In this document: positions 29,902 through 46,199 of the stretch, in pieces
Position numbering within the stretch: the first letter of the stretch is position 1
Layout: every line of letters starts with the position of its first letter
Source of the DNA: the human T2T-CHM13v2.0 reference genome, Homo sapiens
Length of the DNA stretch: 64,000 bases
NCBI RefSeq assembly: GCF_009914755.1
Contig: NC_060929.1
Strand: one strand, 5' to 3'
The notes under the pieces: model-generated
The model's input: the letters and a program-made list of their open reading frames with translations, nothing else
Told to the model about the DNA's origin: nothing
Databases searched by the model: none
Translations under genes and position numbers: made by a program

Positions 29902-32665
29902 AGTTATAGCAGTTTCCTTCTTATTTGATGATTTCACAAGGAAGCATTTTGGTCTTTTAATCACATTTATTAAGATAATAGTGATCTTCAAATAGGGTTT
30001 TCAGTGCTCTTGATGCATGTTCGTTTTTCAGGCACAGTCCTCTTATCAACTTATTATCATATGCTTACCATGTATTCCATCAGTTCTCCACAACTCATTC
30101 CATTGTTCCCATTATTTCTTACATTAATTGTGATCTTTTGAGATAGTCACTTTAGTACTAGAAAGATCTTTTCTTGGTACTCTGACATTTTAGAGCTGTC
30201 TGACTCGTGACTGAACTATTAATATATATATTGCATTCACCAGCTTAGTGTTTCTCTCTTGAAACAGTAGACATATTCAGTTCTTAAAGTTTTGCCTAAC
30301 CTCATCCATGAGCACAAATGTGTCATACTGATGAATAATGTGTTGGTACAATTCTTTACTTGGTCATATCTTCATGAGATTATCTTTGAAAAATCTCTTC
30401 TTGTCTATTAATCCTTTCAGATAGCCTGTAATATTTTAAGAACTTTTAAGGTCATCACAAGTGATCACTACTTTTGTTTTTCATAGGCACCGATCCATAT
30501 ATTTGCAAATTTATAATTTCAAAGCCTTTTGTACTGACCTAAAATGGATGATAGTGAAAACAGAGATTGACAACTTCTATGTTCACTAATACTTCCAGCT
30601 TACCTAAGAAACATATAGTGAATTAAAAATTTGCCATATGTATTCAGTACATTGGTTTTAAGAAATGGCAGCTCAGTGTTTGAGCTCTCCACTGTGGCAG
30701 TTGGCAGGTTTCATGACTAGAAGGGCTCGTTTGAGCTTGTCATCGTAATATTTAAACATGTTGGCAAGAACATCCCGTTTTCAAACATGTAGATGCACTA
30801 GTTCAATATGTCTGCTATCTCTTCATTCAGGACGTGAGTTTCACTCGTATTACGTTTACAGGGTAGGTAGGTAATTTTGAAGATAGCAATCAAGAGGTGA
30901 TATCTGTAGTATCTGTTCCTGTTGCATGGCTTTATTGTGGTTTGAGCTGTCAGTAATCACTAGCCTTTGAACTTCTGTAGAATAGTAATGCCTCTTAGCC
31001 TCCATTGTGATGTCTGTGTTGTGTTGTACATTAAGAGCGGTGATGAATTTTGAACTGTAAAGATGTCGTTATTCTAAGGAAACACATAAGAATTACACTA
31101 AAGCCTTCTTAATTAAACGTGAAAGGGATGGGCAGAAGAACTTCAAATTGTGTGACATGAAATCATTAATTTGGTTAAAAACTAATAAATAAAGCAGCTT
31201 GTCTGCTCTAAATATTTGGATTAGATTCTGCTGTAGATAAATGTACCCTGTATTAGTCAGGAAGGCACCCTGGTGTTATGACAAGAGCACTGGATCAAAC
31301 ATCATTTGTGTATCTGTGGACCTGGCTGTATGACTTGGGGACAGTTATTTAAACTCTTTGAACCATCTCATTTTTCTTATTCAGAAAATGGGGACAACAG
31401 CAATTCTATGTACTTCCCTGGACGATTGGGAGAATTAAACCAAGCATATGTGAAAAGGCATTTGGAAAAGCATAAGGAGCCATATGTACGTGAAGTATTC
31501 TTGAAACTATGCTTATGTATAATTCAACTCTTTTGAGATCAATATACAACTCAAAACTAGAAAGGGGGTAAAAAAGACCATCTGCCCTGAGACAATTTAC
31601 TGCCACTTGAGGTTCAACAGAATTCACAAATGCTTACCTTCAGTGGGTTTTGAGTGAAGATCTGTGGAAGGTGATTGGAAACCCTCACGTTTGTATTTGG
31701 TTCTGTTTTGTTTTCATGATTGCTGCCTACTTAGAATTTGATACCTGAAACAGTAACAGAAAGAGCAGCTTGGAGTATTGGGAGTGATGGAGGATTAGCT
31801 GAAGAGCAATGTGGGTATGTTTATCTCCAGTATTAACCCCCAGGAAGCGAAAGACAAGCGAAAGACAAGGTTAGACCAGCCAAGACCATACCTAGTCAGG
31901 CAGAATATGCAGGCTCAGAAGAAGATAGGCAGCTGAGACTTACTGAACATGTACCAGGTGCCAGGAAATATACACACTGCTTTACATTCATTCATTTTTA
32001 TCTTCACAGTACGCTCTGAAGTAGATGGGTACTGTTATTGTCCCCATTTTCCAAATGAAAAATCTGAGACATAGAAGGACCTGCCCAGGGTCCAATAGTC
32101 ATGACCTAACTGCTCTACTTTATTGCGTATTTGCGCTCCCATTCCATGCACTGGAGACAATACTATTATTCATGGTCTGAATTTGGTCTTCCAAATGTGT
32201 TGGATGGGCTTCCTTCTCCTAAGTTTATTAAATGACACTCTAATAATGTAGAATGAATGCAAATGTGGAATGAATGCATTTATTTATTTCTAGGTTTCCC
32301 TCTGTGTGAGTTGACTGTTGAGGTTTCAGTCCTAAAATGCAGTGAACTCCCTATCATCAGCTTTGTGGCCTCTGCTGTCACCCTGTCTCCCTAGCCCCAA
32401 CTCCTGCACACTGTTTTAGTTTGTGACTTTAACATCAGATGTAATTTCTTTCAAGATCTTCTTTTTGTTATTTTATTTGTTTGCTTATACATATATAAAC
32501 AATACATACATGTGTAAATAAAATAAATGAAGTCATAAACCAAAATATGAATGTATTAATGCATAATGTTTATTTGGGAATGTGCTTATTTCTTTCATTT
32601 GCTTAGTGCATTTTCTACATGTATTATTTTTTAAAAATCAAAATATTTTTTAAAGAGAGGGATGT

Positions 32666-32973
32666 TTAGTTTTTTGTTTGTTTGTTTTTGGAGACAGGGT
32701 CTCACTCTGTCACTCAGGCTGGAGTGCAGTGGCACAATCATGGCTCACTGTAGCCTCCACCTCTCCAGGCTCAGTTGATCCTCCCACCTCAGCTTCCTAA
32801 GTAGCTGGGACCACAGGCATGTACCACTACACCAGGGTAATGTTTGTATTTTTTGTAGAGATAGGGTTTCACCATGTTGCCCAGGCTGATCTTGAATTCC
32901 TGGGCTCAAGCAATCTGCCCAAGTCAGCCTCCCAAAATGCTGGGATTACAGGTGTGAGCCACCATGCCCAGCC
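32666..32973 (-). mobile_element. AluJ-like
   Basis: Dimeric Alu, antisense. Confidence 0.9.
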
Positions 32974-34186
32974 TATATAGTTATTTTAAGAAACAGAATT
33001 ATTGACTATGTGTCTGACATGTCATATTACCTATGGTAGGATGGGGTTCAAAAGAAAGAAAAGTTATAGTATCTTGAATGTTCAGAATTTAGCTTGAGGA
33101 CATGAAGTGCAACAAATAAAAAATTAAAAGCATAATATTAAGTAAAATAATAAAAGTAGAATTTTAAGTATTGAAAAAAAGTAGAGAGGTGAGAGGTTGA
33201 GGTCAAGAATGATAACAAGGGAAAATATCTTTGAGTTGTTTAAGTTTGAATCTTCATACAGAAATATTCTCCCCAGGGCTTCATCCATTTCACAGATATT
33301 TATTGGACATCCTCTACTTTCTGTGCTGGATTTTGGAAATACAGTGGTGAATAAAGCATACTCTCTAGCATTTGAGTTTGAATAGTACCTTTATTTGTTT
33401 TCATCTTAAAAAGAAGCAGTTTAAATAAGATGTACCTGATCAGGAAGGTACAGCTAGTTTGGGAGCAAGCCTGTGAACTTAATATGCAGTATTCAAAACT
33501 TCTCCAAATTATGTTATTTCCTGGGTCCTTTAAAGGATGATGGTGATACTGAACTGTTGAACTATAGGGCAGTTGTGAAGATAAAGAAGGATGTCAACAC
33601 ATTATCTTTATTACTATTATTTCCAGTGATCACTCGGTATGTGTGAAGTTAAAACTATGGCCTTTTAATCATCTGTTTATGGCAAAGTCTAGTAGATAGT
33701 GGTCACTTTAAAAAAAAAATACCTTGCCTTGTTATATAAACTTCTCCATCATCCCTGGATTTAGGGATAGATTAGACAGGCCAGGATGTGGAATGACTGC
33801 TAAGAAATCAGTACTGGATCACCTCAGACAGCCAATGTCAGGTCTCCTGAGGCCTGTCCTTTTTCATGAGCACAATACACTTATTGATTTCAGCAACTGC
33901 CTTTTCTTTGAGTTGGGATTTGCTATCATGGAAATAACACTTAGTTGTAGCCATTAAAAGCAACTGTTCTCTTAATTAGAACAGTCACATGTAAGATTTA
34001 GGCCTTTAAATACAGCAGAAGCTCATAGGACTTCCGAAGCTTCAATTTATATGATTCTGTTCCTGTTCTTATTGCACTGTAGGAATTGCAAAGTTAATCT
34101 CTATAGCATCAAGTTATCTGTTGTAAAAATCTGAAACAGAGTACATTTTAGACATCCTATTGTTTGTTTAAAAGATAGTAAAGACA

Positions 34187-34799
<613 letters not shown>

Positions 34800-35873
34800 A
34801 AAATCGTGTATTTAGACAACTGTCTTCCTCTCAAGAACTTCTAACCAAACAGGAATCTAAGTTTACATTGTTTTCTAGGCTTTTGTTATCTAAATATTTC
34901 CTGCAGCAAAAAAAATGCCCTAAAACTCTTTGAAGTGTCAGCTACAAAAAATATTTGTTAATTGGATTATTTTGTGTGTTTTTTACTGCTTTATCTGGGA
35001 AATACATTAGCATCAATAGTTATCATGGCCCATAAGCAACTATTACCAACACCTTCAAATTGTTTGCATTGATAACTATATGAAGTACTTTTTTAGGGTT
35101 CTTTGGATTATAGTTTAAAAACTGGGGAATGGTATTTGTTGGCTGGTCAACAGTGAGTAATGGTTCAGCACCCATGCTGTTTTGTATAAGATCCATTAGG
35201 CTGCTAGATTGTGAGTCTTACCCATGGTTTCTGTGTGGACATACACAGTGGCTGACTGCATTCCTTTCTCTTGAGAATTCGGTTGTTTGCTGCAAATTGA
35301 GCTTTCAAATTTTGTAGGTTCTTTGTCCTCCTTTTTTGAAAAATATTTAAATGATGTTGCCCAAAGGGCTCACAGAGAAACAGCATGACCAACTTTCGGG
35401 AAATTAGTAAGCACTAGGGTTATTTTTAGCTTTTTCTCCTTACAAACATTTCCTTTTGTTCTTTAGAAGACATTGTTGATCTTTCATTCATTTGCTGTGC
35501 TGTCTCCCCAGCTACAAAATGGCTTTTGAATAGAATAAGCGCTCTCTTCTCTACTCTGCATGACATTAACTGTGTTCTTATTTTATTCAGTTTTTACTCT
35601 AGCTCATGAATTATTCATTTGTGTATGTTTTTTTCTGGATATTGAATCCTCCCCTACACACACAAACACACATACACACATTTTTGTTGTCATTTGGGGT
35701 TGACTTCCTCCCTCATATGCAACTAATGACTGAAAAATCTTCATACAAGCAGGATATACAAAGTCTGTATTTTTGTCAGTATATCATATGGTGGTGGCTG
35801 ATGGTGTGATTTGGCCTTTATTTGCTGTTAGTACCTATTTAAAAACCATCACCTTGAGAAAATTGTGCAGTAG

Positions 35874-37721
35874 TGTCACGGGATCCTTGGGGTGTCGCAT
35901 CACCAGCCAGAAACCTCTGTGACCAGTGGTACCTTTGCCCAGGTTTTGCTTGGGCCCACTGGGCCCACTCAGCCTGGCAGGCTGCACTCAGCTCGCACTA
36001 CTGGCCTGGATCCCATGCCTGCCAAGGGCAAGTGGAGTGGCAAGGGGTGCATGAGTGAGCAAGCATGGGGTCCAGCCACTGCACACAGCCAGGCATGCTG
36101 GCTATGGCGGTGCAAGCAGCTCCAGGTGCCAGCACAGGCGCTGGAGGCAAGGCTGCCTGCAAGGCTGCAGCCGGACCAGGCGTACCACAAGCAGCTTTCA
36201 CAGCTGGCACTGGGGAACACAGTGGCACCCAGAAGCTTAGAGACGCTGGGAACCACATAGCCCCAAAGAAGGTATCACAGCCCTAGCTCAGGGAGCTCCT
36301 AGGTCTGGGTTCCCTGAAGGGCCACAACTCTTCTCTCCTTGTTGCCCACAGCATGGCGAGCAAGGGGCATGTTTCAGCCCTGTTTGTGTTATAGCCCTTT
36401 AGGCCCCACCATTCGGCAGGTCCCGAGTTCCTGTCCCGTGCCCAGGAAGAAGGAGGTATACGAACAAGTGGAGGGTGAGCAAGGCAAAGAGGAGCTTTAC
36501 TGAGCAATAGAACAGCTTAGAGGAGATGCACAATGGGTAGCTCCTCTCCACAACCAGGGTGTACCAATGTGAGTGTTCAGCTATCAGCAGAGAGTAGACC
36601 CTGGAGTGGATAGCTCCTCTCCACAGGTAGGTCATCCTGTAGAGGGTTCAGCTCTCAGCAGAGAAGAGACCCTGGGGTGGGTAGTTCCTCTCCGCAGCTG
36701 GTTTGTCCCACCATCTTTTCAACTTTCAGTATAGAGGAGACCCTGGGATATGTAGCTCCTCTTTACAGCTGATCGTCCCGATGTCTGCTCAGCTGTCAGC
36801 AGAGAGGAGACCCTGGAGTGGGTAGCTCCTCTCTGCAGCTGGTTGTCCTGACATCAGCTCAAGTCTGGCTGAGTCCAGTGTTTTTATGGGCTTCAGAGGG
36901 GAGAACGTGCAGGCTGATTGGCTTATGGGTGGGCCTGGCAAAAGCACCATAAGTTCCCACTCTGGTCTGCAGGACTGGCAGCCTGGCCCCCAGGCTTCAG
37001 GCCTTCCCTGGCTTGAAGGTGGGGCTTCACCAGGGACCCACCCCTTTCTGCCCAGGAACCTGTCTGCCTGCTACCACTGTTTATGGTGCCCAGGCTGTTC
37101 ATGCAGAGGGGCACCTGCAGGCCAGTGCCAAGCCACGCTCAGTTTCCCCCTCAGCTTCCCTCCCATGCTCGTCAGTGCCCAAAGTTCAGTAGGGGCTGAG
37201 GCAGCAAGGGGCTGGCATGTCAGTGCTGTCCTGAGCATATGGACACCTGGCCAGGTTGTGACAGTGCCTGGGATTGACCTCAGCTTTGCTCCAAGATCAG
37301 AGCAGGTGCCGCTAATGGGTTGGGGGAGCTTCCGGGGCCCCTGAGAGTACAGAGATGCCTGGGTCCGCAGCCATGGCTGGGTAGCTGTAGCTACACCCAG
37401 GAGGGTGGGGCTCCTGCCTTCTTCCAGCCCCTAAGAGTACAGGGATGCCCAGGTCTGCATCTATGGCTTAGGAAACCGCAGCTGTGCCCAGGAGGGTAGG
37501 GCTCCTGCCTGCTCCTGGCCCCCAAGAGCACAGGCATACCTGGGTCAGCAGCCACAGCTTGGGCAGCTGCAGCTATGCCCAGGAGGGTGAGGCTCTTGCC
37601 CTGCCAACTTAGAAGGGGGAAGGACTTTTCTGCCTGTTCCTGGCTCCTGCCAGCTCCATGGAGCGCACAGCCCCAGCCACGCTTCCCCCACTGCAGCCGA
37701 GATGGGCCACCACTGCCATCA
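35874..37721 (-). mobile_element. MER52-type ERV1 solo LTR, 1848 bp, GC-rich, with internal tandem repeats
   Basis: TG...CA termini (tgtcacgggatcc...actgccatca) and 4-bp TSD gtag at 35870-35873 and 37722-37725. Confidence 0.85.
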
Positions 37722-38166
37722 GTAGTATTGCAGAATCGCAAGTTCAGGATAGATGGTTACAAAGGCTGGTCTTTACACTTCAGCTTCATGTTTGATCTTT
37801 GAAAAATCTTCCAGTATAAAGAAGAAGTCAAATTTCTAAGGAAGCACACTGAAAACTCACTTTAACTCTTCACATAAAGGAGGGTTTGATATAAGACTTT
37901 TGTATTTTAGATCCCATCCAAGAGGATTTAGTCATTTTGTAATATCATTTAACCTTTTTTTTCCATTTTACTCTAAGATACGGAGACAGTTAGCATTTGT
38001 GGTTAAGATTGTGGGTTATGAAGTCAGACTGCCTGGTTTCAAATTGAAGTTACATCATTAATCTCTGTATGCTTTAGTTTCCTTATCTCAAAAAGGGAGA
38101 TAATAGTTACTTCATACAATTATTTTGGGATTTAAATCAGATAATCCATGTAAAGAGCCCATGATA

Positions 38167-41724
<3,558 letters not shown>

Positions 41725-42813
41725 TAATGCCTAACATAGGAAAGTCTCAACAGATGTTAGCTATTATTATTGTATAAGATTGTTTTATTTATGATATAAG
41801 ATGTAATCTTACACTATCATATACCATAATGAGATAAAATATTCAATTTCTGGGGACCCTTACCTCTTTCCCTGCAAGATTTTTTTTATTGGGATGTCCT
41901 CAATAGAGGTGGCTTAATTCCACAACTAGTGAATTTAGTTATCCTTGCCCCTTTAATATTTGCATCTCTTCATATCTAGAATCGGCACAATTATAATGAG
42001 AAATCAAGCAAAACATTTTTTTGCATAAAGAGAGGAAGGCAGAATGTGAGATGGCGTTGACATCTGTGCCTCTGCCCTGGGCCAAAAAGCAGAGTGGGTA
42101 TTTGCTGCTGATTCGGCACCCCATCTGCTGCCTTCTCTGGTGGTTACATCCCTCTTCCCTTTCCCCTCCGTGTGGAGCCCCAGGGATGATGAAGTCAGGG
42201 AGAGAAGGATGGAATGTAATGCATCAGAGGAGAAAAACAGGACAGAGGTTCAGTGAAAGACAACGGAATGAGGAGCCCCATTCTGCAGATGACCCAGTAG
42301 GATAAATGCTGTCTTCTCTGCCAATGGCAGTTTTACAAGTGTTTGAAGGACTGTGTGAAGGTTAAAAAAACACTAGCCTGTTTTAGTGAATCTCTGTTTT
42401 TCTACTTGAGAGCTTTTCTGACGTCTGACTCAAGAATTTACTAAACTTGGTTTCATTAAACTCTTTTTAAACCTCTTTTGTTTTTTTAACTCTTAGCTCA
42501 GGCCTTCAGAATAGGTCGTTTGTTTTTACCAGGAGTGCTCCAACTTTTGAATACATCCGTTGTTTCTCTTTTCCTATAGCATATAACTCACTCCACTTGC
42601 CAATTAATTTACAAACCTAACTCCTACTAAAGCAGCTTCTTATTTTAAGGTAACATTGTCTACCCAATCTGAGAGGTAGAAATCTGACTTTCTACAACAT
42701 GGTAATCTTAGAACCACTCATTTAAAGTTTAAAATGCAAAGCATCGCACACTCAAAGTCTATAATGTTGTGATTTAACTCTTTAATTAATTTTGGTTAAG
42801 ACCTAAGTAGTTA

Positions 42814-42907
42814 AGACCTAAGCAATAGAGTGATGAGTGCCCCAGAAAGGCATGGATTGAGACCTAAGCAATAGAGTGATGAGTGCCCCAGAAAGGCATG
42901 GATTGAG
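42814..42907. repeat. Perfect 46-bp tandem duplication
   Basis: agacctaagcaatagagtgatgagtgccccagaaaggcatggattg x2. Confidence 0.95.
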
Positions 42908-43322
42908 TAAACAAAAGTAAGCAATTGGAAGGAGGAGCTAGGGAGAAATTGCTTGTTTAATGGATCTCTTCATTTTTAATGGAAAATTCTTTAAAAATAC
43001 TTCTGCTTTCAAAGCTTAAGGCTTGTTTTTAGCTTAGACTGATTGTATTTTTCAGTTCTGGTTTTCTGATGATTGTTCCAACTTTGTCTACAATTCAAAG
43101 GAATGAAATTACTACTGTAATATAGAGTATTTGGGGGTTGTTTTTCACACTGTTCAGCTGCTGTGTTTTATTTTCACTTGACTATGAGGTTATTCTAACC
43201 CCTCATTCAGAGGAACAGTTGAGTCTGATTCTGCCTTAAGTTTTCGTGACTCTTAATAATTATTCATTGCATATGTACTTTCATTGAGTTCTTTAAAAAA
43301 ATTCTCTGTGTTTGCTTTCTAG

Positions 43323-43625
<303 letters not shown>

Positions 43626-43844
43626 TGAGGAGTGAAGAACATTAAATATATTGGAATAGGAAACCCCGGAATTTTGTCTGAGGCAAAAAACCACATCTCC
43701 TTTTAAATCTTAAGTAGAATGAGATGTCCTGCTCCCATTTTGTGAGTACTACTGGAATCTGTTTTTGGAATCTACAATCTTGTGATAATAAAACACACAG
43801 TTCTGTCTTCTTCAAAACATGCCCAAACATTCTTATGTTATTAG

Positions 43845-43973
43845 GTCTTCTGACCCTGCGCCAGATTGTTTTGAGCAAAGTTGATCAGTCTCTTCATACC
43901 AACACATCGCTGGATGCTGCAAGTGAATATGCCAAATACTGCTCAGAAATATTAGGAGTTGCAGCTACTCCAG
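43845..43973 (+). CDS. NLN: Neurolysin exon 11, 129 nt
   Basis: ttattag|GTCTT...ACTCCAG|gtatgt; (G)[42 protein letters not shown]. Confidence 0.96.
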
Positions 43974-44349
43974 GTATGTAACTACTATGAATTGAGTTCA
44001 TTTCTCTGTGAAGCACAGGGCGTTCTCCTAACACTGCAGGGGAGATGGAGTTTGTCAGACAGATTACCTAATTGTTTCTGATTTCTGTAATCAGGCCATG
44101 ACTTTCAGATAAGCATACTATGTCCTTATGAGTTATCCCGTCCAAATGCGCTTGAAGGAAAGGTGGCTCCAGATCTGCAGCATTTTAGTGTAATCAGGCA
44201 TGAGCAGTTGGCCTCCGCCCCAGAGCTGGGAGAGCCATTCGTGTTGGCAGCACACTCTCAGCTCCTCCCTCCCTGTATGCATCATGACTTCCCTGTGATT
44301 TTCAGGAAGAAATTGGCAGAAGGGGAACTTTTTAAGTTTTTTTTCCTTT

Positions 44350-44798
44350 ACATATAGTATTTTGTTTATTTTTTCCATCCCCTCAAGCATTTATCCTTTG
44401 TGTTACATACAGTCCACTTGCACTCTTTTAGTTATTTTTAAATGTACAATTAAATTATTATTGACTATAGTCATCCTGTTATGCTATCAAGAAGGAGCAT
44501 TTTCAGGCCTGGCATGGTGGCTCACACCTGTAATCCCAGCACTTTGGGAGGCTGAGGCAGGAAGATCACTTGAGCTCGGGAGTTCGAGACCAGCCTAGGC
44601 AACATGGCAAAACCCGTCTCTACCAAAATACAAAAATTAGCCAGGTGTGGTGGTGTATACCTACAGTCCTAGCTACCCAGGGGGCTGAGTTGAGAGGATC
44701 ACCTGAGCCTGGGGAGGTTAAGCCTGCAGCGAGCCATGATTGCACCACTGCACTCCAGCCTGGGTGACACAGTGAGACCCTGTCTCAAAAAAAATAAA
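44350..44798. mobile_element. Antisense L1MA fragment (~44350-44490) followed by a sense AluJ (~44506-44798)
   Basis: ccatcccctcaagcatttatcctttgtgttaca...ttgactatagtcatcctgtt; Alu consensus. Confidence 0.85.
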
Positions 44799-45343
44799 GG
44801 GTATTTGGGGGGAGAAGCATGAACTTCACCTTGTTTCTGATTCTGAGATCAGTTAAAGCATTTGACTAGCAGTTTGTAATCTGAGATTTATGGGACTCAT
44901 GCATGGGCGTGTTTATATTTGTATGTGTATGTTTTAAGCCAATATATAGTTGTGCTTTTATATGTAGTTGGTAAGGTGGATTTTTTTTCACCAAGGAAAT
45001 TGTTATTAAAATGAGTCAGCCACATTTATAGAGAGAATAAAGATAAGAATGGTCCGTTGAGTCATTCTAGGCTCCCCACATAGTAAGCCATAGTGCACCT
45101 TTGTGTCACAAGCCTTTGTGTCGCAATTACATTTTTAAATGTACAATTAAATTATTATTGACTATAGCCATCCTGTTATGCTATCAAGAAGGGACATTTT
45201 TAGGCCTGGCATGGTGGCTCACGCCTGTAATCCAGCATTTTGGGAGGCTGAGGCGGGAAGATCACTTGAGCTCAGGATTTTTGACAAAATCCTATATAAA
45301 GTAGCCCTACAGGTAGATTGAATTGGTGAAAAGTTCTTTTTCA

Positions 45344-45637
45344 GGCAAGGCACGGTGACTCACGCCTGTAATCCCAACACTTTGGGAGACCGAGGCAGGC
45401 AGATAGATCACTTGAGGTCAGAAGTTTGAGACCAGCCTGACCAAAGTGGTGAAACCCTGTATCTACTAAAAAATACGAAAATTAGCCGGCGTGGTGGCAT
45501 GCACCTGTAATCCGAGCTACTCAGGAGGCTGAGGCAGGAGAATCCCTTGAACCTGGGATGCTGAGGTTGCATTGAGCCGAGATCTCACCACTGTACTCCA
45601 GCTTGGGCAACAGAGTGAAACTCTGTCTCAAAAAAAA
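45344..45637 (+). mobile_element. AluS-like
   Basis: TSD aaaagttctttttca. Confidence 0.9.
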
Positions 45638-46062
45638 GTTCTTTTTCAGTAATTATCAACCTAAAATAAGTGCAATTCTGAGACATTTTAGATATAAAGA
45701 GGTGTGGCAAAGAGTAGGGTTAATATTATTTTTCAAAACACATACATGTTTAAGAGATAAGAAAGGACTGATTTCAGTTCTAAAACACTGAGCTATCTGG
45801 TGGGTGTGGACAAAGCCGCTGAAACTATCCTTAGGCATTCCAGAGCTTGGGGCCGAAACCAGCTCTGAGGTTGAGCCATTGATAGATGTTTATAAACATC
45901 TTGGCCAAGAGGACACATCAGCCCAAGGAGTACTAGAGGTGAGATCATGTCATTCATTCTCTCCTCCCACAGCTGGCCTCCTCAGAGGGAAACCTTAGCT
46001 AGCTGTTAACCTGATCATTAACGTTTGCTATCACATTGATTGAAATGTATCTTTTTTTAAAG

Positions 46063-46199
46063 GCACAAATATGCCAGCTACCTTTGGACATTTGGCAGGG
46101 GGATACGATGGCCAATATTATGGATATCTTTGGAGTGAAGTATTTTCCATGGATATGTTTTACAGCTGTTTTAAAAAAGAAGGGATAATGAATCCGGAG
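46063..46199 (+). CDS. NLN: Neurolysin exon 12, 137 nt (AAG acceptor)
   Basis: ttttttaaag|GCACA...CCGGAG|gtatag; (G)[45 protein letters not shown], with the conserved M3A FGHL..GY..YYGYLW motif. Confidence 0.97.

Noticed and set aside
30754-30812. p53-like half sites (aaacatgttg, aaacatgtag, gcactagttc)
   Set aside because: Each has mismatches and they do not form a convincing adjacent RRRCWWGYYY pair
36530-36850. Regularly spaced repeats resembling a CRISPR array
   Set aside because: Degenerate tandem units inside an ERV1 LTR; spacers are related to each other, there are no cas genes, and the DNA is human
35873-37802. Cluster of overlapping 60-150-aa ORFs
   Set aside because: Expected in a GC-rich LTR with few stop codons; no recognisable protein
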